Both the position numbers and the translations under genes were made by a program. From contig NC_058382.1 of the NCBI RefSeq assembly GCF_018350175.1, forward strand, positions 49,478,001 to 49,542,000: a stretch of 64,000 nucleotides of DNA, in the 5' to 3' direction. Position 1 is the stretch's first letter. Each line of letters opens with the position of its first letter. Below are positions 11,897 to 23,629 of this stretch, in pieces. The notes under the pieces were generated by a model. The model was not told where the DNA came from. It worked only from the letters and a program-made list of their open reading frames with translations, and ran no database searches. The DNA is from Felis catus. Its lineage: Eukaryota.

Positions 11897-13785
11897 AGGT
11901 TTGCTTCTATTTTAAGCTATTTCTTCCTTCCTTGTTGACAGTTCACTCTGTATGCCCCCATGTACCCAGCAGGGCCCCTTAGTTTCCTTTAGTTTTGTAG
12001 TTCCCATGGAAATGAAAGAAGCCCATGTGGAAAATAATCAGCCTGATGTGTGTACTTGAGCAGCATAATGTCTCTCTGTACGCTTGTGTTCCAGAGCCCT
12101 GGCTGTTCTGCCTGCCTTGCTGATCTCTCCGGGTCAGAGGACAAGCTAGGCACAGACTAAGGTCTAAGAGCCAGGACAGTATCCCCATCAGGCCTGGGTG
12201 AGAGGGAAGAGTGGGGAGGGGGGTTAAGGGGTGGAAACAGCCATAGGGGAGATCACTGTGGGCTTTTGAGGCCACACACTGGGTGTTCAGTCTTGACTCT
12301 GGTATGTCTAATTAAGGGTCTAGAATCATTGCTTTTTTACTTTAAGAACCGACTTAATAACTTCACAGTCAATAATACGAGTGCGCCGTGCTTCCCTGAC
12401 CGGCTCCTGCATCTGAGTGCTGTGATGGCACCACTGTACTGCTCTGAGATTTCTCTCCTGTTCTCAGTTCCCCTGGGAGGTTGACCTTACCCGTTCATGT
12501 GGAGCATCACCTCTCCTGGAGCGTGAGACCTGCTCCCTGGGGATGGTGCCTTGGCTTTGACTGCCCCCGTCAGTTGGAGGATCTTAGCCTCTCCTTGTCT
12601 CTCACACCTGGCCTTTCATACTGGTCAGGTCCAAACAAGAGGATCCGACTCTCTTCCTGGTCTGTTCCCCTGTGTAGCTCTCTTGTTTTAGAGTAGTAAT
12701 TGAAGGAGCAGGGTGTCTGGATGAACCTGTTCCTGTGATCTTATCAGCTTCCCAGAGCAAATGCAGAAAGAAGGCCTTTGTAATCGGCAGAGTGGGTGGG
12801 CCAACACTCTCATTTGTAGAGGGATGGCTTTCCTCTCCCAACAAGCAGGGCCCGGCATCATCCCCTGTTGCATCGATGCAGGAGAGAATTGAGAAGTGTG
12901 GGAACGTTGTTTGGGCTTTTCCCCTTGCTCCCATGTTACTGTTTTCTAAAGGAATTATTTCTCTGGTTTAGATAAAGTGGTGGCGCTAGCTAACCAGAAT
13001 CGAGAACCACTCCTCCTTTGTTTTTCCAGTCCCCCACTGCACCAGGATTTTGAATTTCACCCTTCTTGTGCAGAAGCAGGGTCCTGATTTAAGGTCCTAG
13101 CATCTCTTGTTGGGAAGAACTTGGTCCCCGGCCCTTCGTGTGGTACTGGCCCCGAAACAGGTCTTCTTGGAAAGCCTGTGGGCTTGACGACGGGCACTGC
13201 TTGTCTCTCCAGGAGAGAGAGCTTTCCTGTGCCCATAAAGCCAGAGATATTTGGACACACCAGCTACCCTCTGGAGCAAGAAACCCCTTCTTGCCGGTCT
13301 TTGGAACGTCACTTCTGCTGGAAACGCGTAAGAACGCAATGCCCATTGATCTCGTCAAGTGAGCCTGGTGGCCAAAGACTTTGACTTTACAGAAGAAAAA
13401 GCAGCATAAAGTCTTATGGGGGGAATTATTGCCATTCCAACTGAAATGAGTTTTCCCTGGGAAAGTCAGCCTCGTCTCTCACTGGGCATATCCTTGAAGG
13501 ACTAAGAGGGTGTCTCTTGCGTCACAAGCTCTGAAGAAAACAAGTGATGTTCCTGCTCCGGTATTTCCTCAATAAAGACATTTGCTAGTCCATGACCCAA
13601 AGCTGTCCCTGAGCTGCTCAGAATTTAGATCCATTCCTTTGCTGAGCTGGCAGGTTATATTTATATATAATCGGGACTGTTTGCTAGTAGAGAAAATTCT
13701 GAAGGCTGCAGTCATTTTAGCTCTTAAAGCTGATGATTATTTCTGTAGGTTCCCTTCCCCATATCACTTTAGAAGGCTTCTTTTA

Positions 13786-14175
13786 GGGGCACTGGGATGG
13801 CTCAGTCAGTTGAGTGCCAAGCTCTTGACTTCAGCTCAGGTCATGATCCCAGGTTGTAGGATAGAGCCTGCATTGGGCGCTGCGCTGAGCGTGGAACCTG
13901 CTTGGGATTCTCTCTCTCTCAGTGCCTGGGTGGCTCAGTCAGTTAAGCATCTGATTCTTGATTTTTGGCTCCGATCCTCATCTCACAGTTGATGAGTTCG
14001 AGCCCTGCGTCAGGCTGGCAGCACAGAGCCTACTTGGGATTCTCTCCCTCCTTCTCTCTCTTTTTCCCCCCTCCTGTGCTTGTTCTTTCTCCTTCTCTCA
14101 AAAATAAATAAACTTAAAAAAAAAAAAAAGATTCTCCCTCTGCCCTTCATGTACTCTCTTTCTCTAAAACAAACA
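13786..14175 (+). mobile_element. Nested Can-SINEs (inner copy 13921-14129 in the CT tract of the outer copy)
   Basis: Outer element breaks at gattctctctctc and resumes after the inner poly-A at gattctccctctgccc. Confidence 0.85.
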
Positions 14176-14236
14176 GAGTCTTTTTTTCTCAATGTCTAGT
14201 TTAAAATTTAAGGATCCATAAGATGAATTGAAATCA

Positions 14237-14463
14237 GGGGCACCTGGGTGGCCTAGTCAGTTAAGCGTCCGACCCTTGGTTTCAGCTCGGGTCATGATCT
14301 CACAGTTTGTGGATTTGAGCCCGGCGTCGGGCTCTGTGCTGACAGCTCAGAGCTTGCTTGGGATCCTCCCTCTCCCTCTCTCTCTGCCCTTCCCCTGCTG
14401 TCACGCTCTCTGGCACCTTCTCTCTCTCAAAATAAATGAACTTAAAAAAAAAAAAAAAAAAAA
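14237..14463 (+). mobile_element. Can-SINE
   Basis: Near-TSD aagatgaattgaaatc / aagatgaactggaatc; long poly-A. Confidence 0.93.
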
Positions 14464-14857
14464 GATGAACTGGAATCTTCCTCTTCAGAGGTCAGGGCCT
14501 AAGGAAGTTGACTGAAAGGATCATCTCCTTCCACAGATCCCAGTGGACATTTTAGCTCACATTCCCATCAGCCAGCGCTGGCCAGAAACCCCATAAAATA
14601 AAGTATTGGGCTGAGAAGTCCCTCTTTTTTCAATGATGGTCATGTGTTCCAGTGGCTGTGGCCAGAACAGGTTTCAGAGTCTGGTACATAGTTCCATCTG
14701 AGGTTGGTGTTTACCTTTCTTGGTTAAATAGTAAATCTGGCACTGGCACTCTACGAATGGGAACGGGATACTCATACAAAGACTTGAAGATCTTGAAGTT
14801 CACACATCGTGTGCAGGAGCACAAACTACCGTGGACTTACCTCATGGAAGAGACTTA

Positions 14858-15078
14858 AAAAAAAATTTTTTTTTAATGTTTATTTACTTTTGAGAGACAG
14901 AGAGAGTGTGAGCAGGGGAGGGGCAGAGAGAGAGGAAAACGCAGAATCCGAAGCAGGCTCCAGGCTCTGAACTGACGTTACAGAGCTCTACGAGGGGCTC
15001 GAACTCACAAACCGAACCGTGAGGTCATGACCTGGGCTGAAGTCCGACGCTTAACCAACTGAGCCACCCAGGCGCCCC
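14858..15078 (-). mobile_element. Feliform Can-SINE
   Basis: Near-TSD tcatggaagagactt / tcatagaagagactt. Confidence 0.93.
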
Positions 15079-16064
15079 TCATAGAAGAGACTTTTAATGC
15101 CACCAGGTTCAACCACCTTCCGTGGGAATCTCCTTGGGAAGCAGCTAGAAGACCTAAGAGTTCTCTGCCTCTGGCCATTTTTATTGCCAGAAAGGCAAGA
15201 CGAACAGGATTGCAGTGTATGGACGTCCTTCATTCCCTAAAGTTAACCAAAGTGAAAATGAGTCAGTGTTACCTGGCTTACTGCTTTGAGAATCTGTTGA
15301 TGTCCTTCCATTTGTTCTGAGGTAAGATTTCCCAGCAGGCCTGTTTTTGGAATGTCACTCCAGTGAGTGTGTAAACTGTTCAGTCTTTGAAGGGCAGGTG
15401 AGCATCCCGTGGACTAATAAGCTTGCTCGTCGAGCAAGCTGGTAAAGGTGACATTTGGCTCCCTGCAAGACCCTGACTCTGTTTAAACTTCTCGGTTTTC
15501 TCAGGAGAACTTGGATCCCCCGATGCATTCAGCCTTGTAGCATTTCCCAGTTCTGTTTCTTGGGTTGTTGGAATTCAAGATTTAGGGTTTTTATTCTGAG
15601 TCATGTGGTTGTATTTCCTTTCAGATTTGTTCAAAATCTCCTGGGGTTTTGCCTCAGTCAGAATCTGATGGCTTCTTTGAAAACTTCCACCCTGCCAGCC
15701 TCCTCCTCCGTTTGCCTGCTCCTTTGACTCCTGTGTAACTCAAATGCTCGTTTTGTGCTTATTCATGCCAAGAGGATTTCTGATCTCAACGAATTTACTG
15801 AGGTTGTTCCAGTACAAATACAGATGGCGGCAGGGTTTTGTTTTCTTGTTTGCTCAGCAGAAATCACTGGGTTTGATTAACACCTGGAGCATTTTTTAAA
15901 TGACTTAATTTGGTCCTGAATTAAGAGGGGCTCCAAGACGACGAGCTCCTTCAGCCCCAAGACTAAAAAGCCCTCCCTTAGCCACGAGGCTGGCTGGGTC
16001 AGGACAGCAGGATGACCAGATTCCTGCTGTTGTTTCTTGCGCTTTCTCTGAGTCTCTATCACTT

Positions 16065-16118
16065 AAAATAATGTTTATTTATTTATTTTTGAGAAAGAGG
16101 GAGCACGAGTGAGGGAGG

Positions 16119-16156
<38 letters not shown>

Positions 16157-16286
16157 CCCAAGCAGGCTCTGAACTTTCAGCACAATCTCGCTCAACTGTG
16201 AGACTCAGTCTCGCGAACTGTGAGATCATGACCTGAGCTGAAATCAGAAGCTGGACGCTTAACTGATTGAGCCACCCAGGCGCCCC
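16065..16286 (-). mobile_element. Can-SINE with (GA)n tract
   Basis: Ends gagccacccaggcgcccc. Confidence 0.9.
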
Positions 16287-17726
16287 TCTGTCATTTTTGA
16301 ACCTTCTAGTGCTGGTTCCAGAGTCAGAGGTCTTAGGACATAGAAGTGGAAATAGCTTTACAGGAGAGAATGCTGACTTCATAAACCAACAGAGAATTCA
16401 TCATCCCTGGCCTCTGGATTGTCCCCAGCAGCTGCTTTGCCGGGAAGTCAGTGGAGTGAGTTCTATAGGTCTGCCTGGGGAACTGCTTTTTTCACTGTGA
16501 GCTGTGTGTGGAAAGGGCAGGGACCAGTGCACACTGTAACCCCCCGTTAACAAATGTGGGGGCTGAGAGAGAAGCCTGGATTATACCCAACTGGTCCTAT
16601 AAATAGCTGGCCTTCCCCCTTTCCTCTTCTTTTTCTGCAGGGGTGCAGATAGGATAGCAGCCTGTCCTGTTAGGTGGGCCACTCTCATCAGTGGTGTGCC
16701 GGTTTTTCCTTTTTGGCTCCCAGTCCAAGGATGGTTTCCCCGTACCTGCTGGCTCCGCACCACTGCAGGCAGCAGGAACTGAAGGGAAGAAGAGTGGCCA
16801 AGGCCTCACAGAAGAGTGCAAGGAGTGGTTACAGATGGGGACAGCTTGCAGGGGAATTGGAGCCTTCCTGGACAATAGGGATCCCAACCCTTCATAGTGG
16901 ACTTGGGCAGAAGGTACACAGCAGACCTCATCACGTTGCTTTGAAAAGACATGTTTATACTGAGTTTGGTAACTTGATGAGAGCTTAGCAGCAGCTAGTG
17001 CTTCCTGCTTGCCTCTGGTACAGCTTTGGGTCTTTGGTTCCGGGAGCATCGTTCCACGTGGTCCCTTTCCCCTTCTCCTTTAAATAAATCAAGTCTCACC
17101 ACCCGAAAGATGCACTAGGCTCTCTGCACATCTTAGTTAAGAGTTTTTGACCACGTTGGCTTTTTCTTGTTCTGGTTCTGTGCTGCTGCCATCCCAAGGG
17201 CTGCTTCATGCTACGCTTTTCATATTTGAATGTGAATAACTGGCTACTGGCCTTGATCTCCAGCTGCCTGAGCATTGGGGAGCTGTGAAGGGAGCCCTCA
17301 CAGTGTCCTAGACCTGTCTGCTGTAGGCAGAACCTGCTATCAGAACGGCTTCCAGGTTAGATTACAGGACTCATTATAGACATTTTGCAGTCACCTTTCC
17401 CGTTTCTTGGTGTCAAATATCTGTGGAATTTGAAAAAAGAACAGCATAATAAATCAAGATCAAGCATGATAAATCTCTGATACTGTGAAGGTATCAGAGA
17501 AAACTGTAGTCTTTTTATTTTTGTTTGTGGTGAAATGACTTAGTTGGGCTAGGAACCAGTCTCTGCCATCAAAAGAAGCCCGTCTGTTGAAGTTTGTTCT
17601 TAGGTCTTATTTGATCCTTCTGTTTTTAGATGTGAGCAGAGGAAGATTTGGAGCCAACAGTTTCAGTGTTTTACTCTACCTGTAATGATTAGGAGTTGCA
17701 GAAATCAATTTAAAAAGTGGACTAAA

Positions 17727-17932
17727 GGGGCGCCTGGGTGGCTCAGTCAGTTAAGTGTCTGACTTCAGCTCAGGACGTGATCTCACGGTTTGTGAGTTCG
17801 AGCTCCGTGTCCGGCCCTGTGCTGACAGCTGAGACCTGCTTCGGATTCTGTGTCTCCCTCTCTCTCTGTCCCTCCACCACTTGTGCTCTGTCTCTCTCTG
17901 TTTCTGAAAAATAAGTAAACACTAAAAAAAAT
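17727..17932 (+). mobile_element. Feliform Can-SINE
   Basis: TSD taaaaagtggactaaagg on both sides. Confidence 0.93.
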
Positions 17933-19687
17933 AAAAAGTGGACTAAAGGTGTTAGGCTATTAGATTTAACCGCTCCCCTCTCTCTCTCAGCCATCTTTTT
18001 GTTTCATTTGACCCTAGGAAGTCATGTTGTTTATGTTCCTGTATCTTTTCCACCCCACCCCACCCGCCCCCGCGATTCCTTTGCACTTACCAACTCTAGA
18101 GGAGCAGATAGAGAGTTGGGACAGGGTTATATGACCAGACCTCTGGTGTCATTATATTATTTGTGATTATTTGTGGAAAACCCAGAAGCACTTGAACATG
18201 TCATTGCTGAACCAGGTGATGGGCAGTTTTCTAACCTGGTTGGTCCTACCCTGGGTGGCAGGACTGGGGGGATAAATCCCTTCCACACACGTGAGCACCA
18301 GAGCCTTGAGGTCCTCCCGAGCACACCGGTCTCCAAAGAGAGTTTAGGAGTCCAGAAACCTGGGTTTTAACATTGGCTGCACCCTTGATTTGGGGGAAGA
18401 CTTCTGAGGTCATGTCTTCATTTCTCCCCCGTGCTGTGAGGGTACTACTGCATTTCTTAACCGCAGGAGGGGAAGCCAACAAAGAGAGGCAAGACGATCT
18501 CCGTAAGACTGCCTGGTGGTGACTTCCCTTCAGGGGACATGATAAATGCCGACCGTGTAAGTGGAGCTCTGGTATTCTGCTGGCAGATTTTCTGATGGCT
18601 TGGTCGGGAGTGACCAAGGAAGAAGACAGGAGAAGTAGGCTCCCTGTGTCCCAGTGTGACTTCCATCCCACCAGGTTTCCTGACACGGTTCATCGTTTTG
18701 CCACCAGCTCGGTTTAAAGTGTTAATTTGTGGAATCAGCTTTGTAACAGCTTCTGACCTGGCTGAGGCCTTCTAATGAAAACTGGCCTCTAGACGTAGTA
18801 GTTCCCGCAACTACTACCCGAGAGGTTCCCGTGCCCGAGAGCCTGGCGGCTGTGACCGCGAAGAACATTGGTTTATAGCATATTTCCCTCCAGTTAATCT
18901 GTGAAAGAAACTTAAAATCAGGTTATACTTTGGACTTGACAAAGTATCAGTGTTCTCGCTGTTAGGCTGCTTAGAAGGATCTAAGCAAATGGCTGTTCAG
19001 TGACTTCAAAAGAATCGAGACAGTTTGAAGAACTTGCTTTGACAGACCTGTTATATCTCATTTATAATAACACGCTTAGAGCCGTGTTTGTGTAAGAGCA
19101 CCTCACACGGAGGCAGTGCCGCGTGGATGCTCCGCTGGAAACGCCGGCAGGCACAGCCCTGGGAACTTAGGGCGCCAGACGCGACACCTCCTGTCTCTTC
19201 AGAAATGGCATTTCTTAGTCACGTGGGAAATACTATTCCTTTCATAAAATCTCTCGAGGCTTCTGAAGAGCTGGAGAGGTTTCTGTGGACAGTGGCTCAA
19301 GATCAGTGCATTGACCTTTTGCTGAGGTTCAGAGTTGCTCAAGTGAGATGAATCCTTGGCCAGAAAGAGTTGATTAAAAGAGCTAAGAGTGAGTGCAAAT
19401 AGGGAATACGTCTTTACCTTTTTGCCGCAGCTTTGGCCACATGCACCTGAGTTCACTTTGCCACTCAAGTTCATAGCGGTGGGTGTGTAGCAGGGTCACC
19501 CAGGAGCTGGGGTGTTCCAGTGTCGCTCCTTCAGGTCACTGTAAGTGACGGAGGCTTGGTGGGGATGGGGTGCTGCACGAGGGTCCAAGGAGAGGCATCG
19601 AGGGGCGTCTTCTGAAGTTTAACAGTCAATGTGAGTAACAGACATCCCCTTACCTTTTCTCATAGAGGCTTTAAAAAGCCAGGTGTA

Positions 19688-19905
19688 GGGGCGCCTGGAT
19701 GGCGCAGTCGGTTAAGCGTCCGACTTCAGCCAGGTCACGATCTCGCGGTCCGTGAGTTCGAGCCCCGCGTCGGGCTCTGGGCTGATGGCTCAGAGCCTGG
19801 AGCCTGTTTCCGATTCTGTGTCTCCCTCTCTCTCTGCCCCTCCCCCGTTCATGCTCTGTCTCTCTCTGTCCCAAAAATAAATAAATGTTGAAAAAAAAAT
19901 AAAAT
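19688..19905 (+). mobile_element. Young SINEC_Fc-type SINE
   Basis: CpG-rich, near-consensus body; TSD aaaaa(g/t)ccaggtgta at 19673-19687 and 19906-19920. Confidence 0.95.
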
Positions 19906-21153
19906 AAAAATCCAGGTGTATTAATTCTGAAAATATGTTAGACTATTTATCATGTGTGAGGCTTCCCAAGTCCTTTTGTTGGACCTGGGAACAGTACTGC
20001 CTTTCTTTAGGGGCAGAAGAGCCCGGGGTCTTCCCTGAACTGAAGGGGACCCTCGGTAGGGGAGAAAACCACGGTGATCCCAAACTTTAAATCCATAAGG
20101 CTTAAAATTAGCAGGAATCTCAGAGATATAAGCCAGTCTCCTCGCTTTATAAAGGAAAAAATGGGCACTCAGAAATGCTAAGTTTGTCCAGGTTAGAGAC
20201 AGACCCTTGATAAGAATGCTTATACTTTTAGCTGCCTGCTTACTCCTTTTTCTACCACCCCACCCCCACCATCCCACCCCACATCTTCCCGCCCATACCA
20301 CACCGCCCACACCACACCGGTCGGTCGCAAGCTGGACACTCTGGAGTGCCTTCAGGAAGGTGGGGGAGGGTGCCTCCAGCCTGTGCATTCCCAGAGGCCA
20401 GGGGTAGATTCCAGCCTAGATTGGGGTGGGTGTAGATAGCCAGGCTCCACCTGCTTTGACATTTTACCTTATCCCCCTTCGTCTCTGACCCTCTGCTGCA
20501 CCCCCCCCCCCCACTGCCCTGCCAGGTTCAGCATTTGCCCTGGATAGGTGTTCGTGTTATGTAGCTTTGAAAAAATACATGGTGGCCTTCGTTTGTATGT
20601 TTTAAATTTTAGCCCGAAGACTTTGATTTCATTTTGGGAAACTATTTGAATTAATTAATGAATGAAGACCATGCACTATTGGTTTTGAGAGTGGATAATG
20701 AAGTTTGTGAAGTCACTCTTTGAGCTCTGAGGTTCTGCGGCTGTCACAGGGGTGAGTGCTTGTGAACACCTTGTCCCCCTGCCACTCTGCTCATGTGATA
20801 AGGGCAAGACAGTTCTTACCAGACAGAATCAGAACGAGAACGGAGAAGACTCCAGGCACAAAGCTGTTGCCACTTTTGTCCTCAGTAATAAAGGTGGGGG
20901 ACAAGTGGCCTTTTGAGTTGGCTGTGACCTCCCTGTGTATCTGCCTCCCTCCGGCCAGGTGAGACTAGACAAGTGGGAGTTGTCTCCCAGCTCATAATCT
21001 TTGCTACAGCACAGGGTCCGTTCCTCATTATTGTCACAGCTCTTCCTGTGGATTTCTAGATCACCCAATGGAGGAGAGGGATATTACTCCTGGAAACATC
21101 TCTCCTACCTTGAGGCTTGCATTAGTTCAGCTTTGAGAGAAGGGCCTGATTTT

Positions 21154-21359
21154 GTACTTACTTATAGTTATTTTTAACGTTTATTTATTTTTGAGGGACA
21201 GAGCATGAGCAGGGGAGGGGCAGAGAGACAGGGAGACACAGAATCTGAAGCGGACTCCAGGCTCTGAGCTGTCAGCACACGGGCTCAAACCCATGAACTG
21301 GGAGATCATGACCCGAGCTGAAGTCGGACGCTTAGCTGACTGAGCCACCCAGGCGCCCC
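21154..21359 (-). mobile_element. Feliform Can-SINE
   Basis: TSD agaagggcctgatttt (21138-21153, 21362-21377). Confidence 0.93.
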
Positions 21360-21494
21360 ATAGAAGGGCCTGATTTTAAACCAAAATTCAGTTGCTTTGT
21401 CCTTGATTGAAAAGGAAGAATAAGTCACTTTGGTTTGCTTGGTTTTATTCCTTCTTCCTTCCCCACCTCACTTCCCCATCTGGTTCTTCATATT

Positions 21495-21685
21495 ATCCTG
21501 AGGTCTGTCTGCCTGGGTTGTGCTCGCAGCTCTGATCACTCAAGAGCTGTCTGACCTTCACCTCCCTGGGCCTCATTTTCCTCGTATGGGAAGTAGGAAT
21601 AATAATGGTGCATAGCAAGGAAGTTCCAGAGATTAAATGCAGCGATGCGAGCAAGGCGTCCAGAACTTGTTCCTGGCTCTTCAAA
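21495..21685 (+). mobile_element. MIR fragment
   Basis: cttcacctccctgggcctcattttcctcgtatgggaagtaggaataataat resembles the MIR core. Confidence 0.7.
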
Positions 21686-22189
21686 GCAGCTCTGAAGATG
21701 GGAGCTACCGTTCTCATTTTTTTCTTCCTCTTCCTCCTCTTCCCACTGTCCCGGGTGGATGGAAAAGCTAAATGAGCAGCAAACTGGAAGTTGCTGTAGC
21801 AAGAGAATTGAGATTCTTTTCTGGCTGCTCTTGGCTATCCTTGCAGTATTTGGCACGAGTGTGTCTTGCATTGGTGAGAGCCACAGGGGCTTTTCAGAAA
21901 GACCTGTTGCCCGGCCCTGCCCTGGCTCACTGTGCGTCCTCCCCGGCCTCACATGTGCCATCCTGTGTCCATCACAGGGCCCAGCAAAGGGCAATGTGGA
22001 ACACCAGTAGCTGGTACGCTGGGTTCAGACCCGGTGGTACCGGAATGCTGTGTTCAGTTACTTCAGACTGATGAGGCTGCTTTTCACGGGGGCACGGAGG
22101 ATACTTCTCACCTTACCTTCTGTGAGAGATGGGCTTTGTTCCTGTGTTCCTTCCTCAGTAGCTTTCGTGCCTTCAAATAAGGAAAGGGT

Positions 22190-22428
22190 GGGGGAGCCTG
22201 AGTGACTCAGTCAAACAGCCGACTCTTGGTTTCGGCTCAGGTCATGATCTTGTAGTCATGGAATTGGGGTTCTTTCTCCCTCTCTCTTTCTCTGCCCGTC
22301 CCCCGCTTGTGCGTGCATGTTATCTCCTTCCCCCCTTCCTCTCTCCCTCGCCCTTCCTCGCCCTCCCTCTCCCTCCCTCCCTCCTTCTCCCTCTTTCAAA
22401 ATGGATAAATGAAACTTAAAATAAAATA
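22190..22428 (+). mobile_element. Degenerate Can-SINE with expanded CT-rich tract
   Basis: SINE head, internal deletion, (CCCT)-rich run, A-rich tail. Confidence 0.8.
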
Positions 22429-23629
22429 AGGAAAAGGAGAATGTGCTTCCTTGGAGTGAGAAACTATAGCAGTCCCATTGTTTTGCTGATTATAGTATTA
22501 CACAAGCTAAATGCAGGCAGGCCGAGCTGGAAAGGGAGAAGCGGAAAGCAAAATGATAAGAAAGCGGGGATGGGGGGTGGGGGGGGCTCTTCACTGCTCA
22601 TCCCAGCACAGTTAGTTGTCCAGCCAAAGAGGTGCCGGCTGCTCCTGCAACTGGGGCTGTGGGGCAGCTCCCTTGCGGGGATGGCCCCAGAGTACCGCCA
22701 TCTGCTGCAAACTCTATCAGGGTTTTTTCGGCCAGAATCACCGTTCGGACCCAGACTGTTGGTCGTGCCTTCTTGCTAAGTAGCAGGAATCTCTTTTGCA
22801 GAGATCTGGGGTTAATTATGGTGGGGGTCAGGAGGTAGGAGAACTTAACAAAACTTTGTCTTTTTTTGGTTCTTGTAATTGGGAAAGTAATTGGAGTGCA
22901 TTATCACAAAATCAACACAGAGTGTTTAAAGGAAAAGATTGTGTCCCTTCTCCTACTCCAATCTCCCTGTCTGTGGGTCACCAGGTGGCCACTGTGACAC
23001 ATGGGTGTGTCTGTGCTGATGCCATTGTGTGTGGGTTTCTTTGTTTTCTAAGGGTTTCACATTCTACATATTATTCTGCAACTTTTGTAAAAAAAATTCA
23101 ATTTGTGGACAAGTTAGTATGCAAAAGTTTTACCTTTTTATTTTGGCAGTCTGATAGTCCATCATATGGACATTCCACACATTATCAGCCAGACCTCTAT
23201 TAGCCTTGAAAATAAGAGGATAGTTTGAAAGGCTGGTTAATGAGCCACTTGCCTCTTCTCCTCCATTGGATGACTCCCCTTTCCCAGCCCTGTAGCATTT
23301 GGGTGGGGGGTTGTCTCCAGAAAAACTGAGCAGGAGTTTGTAGACTTGGTCAGGCACTGAGACAGGACGGTCAGACAGGAGGATCAGACAGGAGTCTGTA
23401 CTGTACCATGAGGCTCCAAACTTCCTTTCCTGTTCTATTTTGGAATTCCAGGGGTAGAGGCAAGAGTTTAGAGGATCTTTCTTTGAAGAAACTGAACTAC
23501 TACAGAGGAAAGACCTATAGATACTAACATTTGGTCACAAATGAAAAATCTCCCTAGCACCTCTGTTACCAAATTCCAAATGAAATATCAGCTAACCACT
23601 CTCATAGTATATTGAGAACATACATATCA

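Noticed and set aside
19688..19770. tRNA genes (A/B-box-like tggcgcagtcgg and gagttcgagccc)
   Set aside because: These are tRNA-derived SINE heads followed by CT tract, poly-A and TSDs.
22975..22995. CTCF-like motifs (tcaccaggtggcca; also near 34778, 39001, 53023)
   Set aside because: Partial matches only; several are expected by chance in 64 kb and cannot be ranked without PWM or ChIP data.
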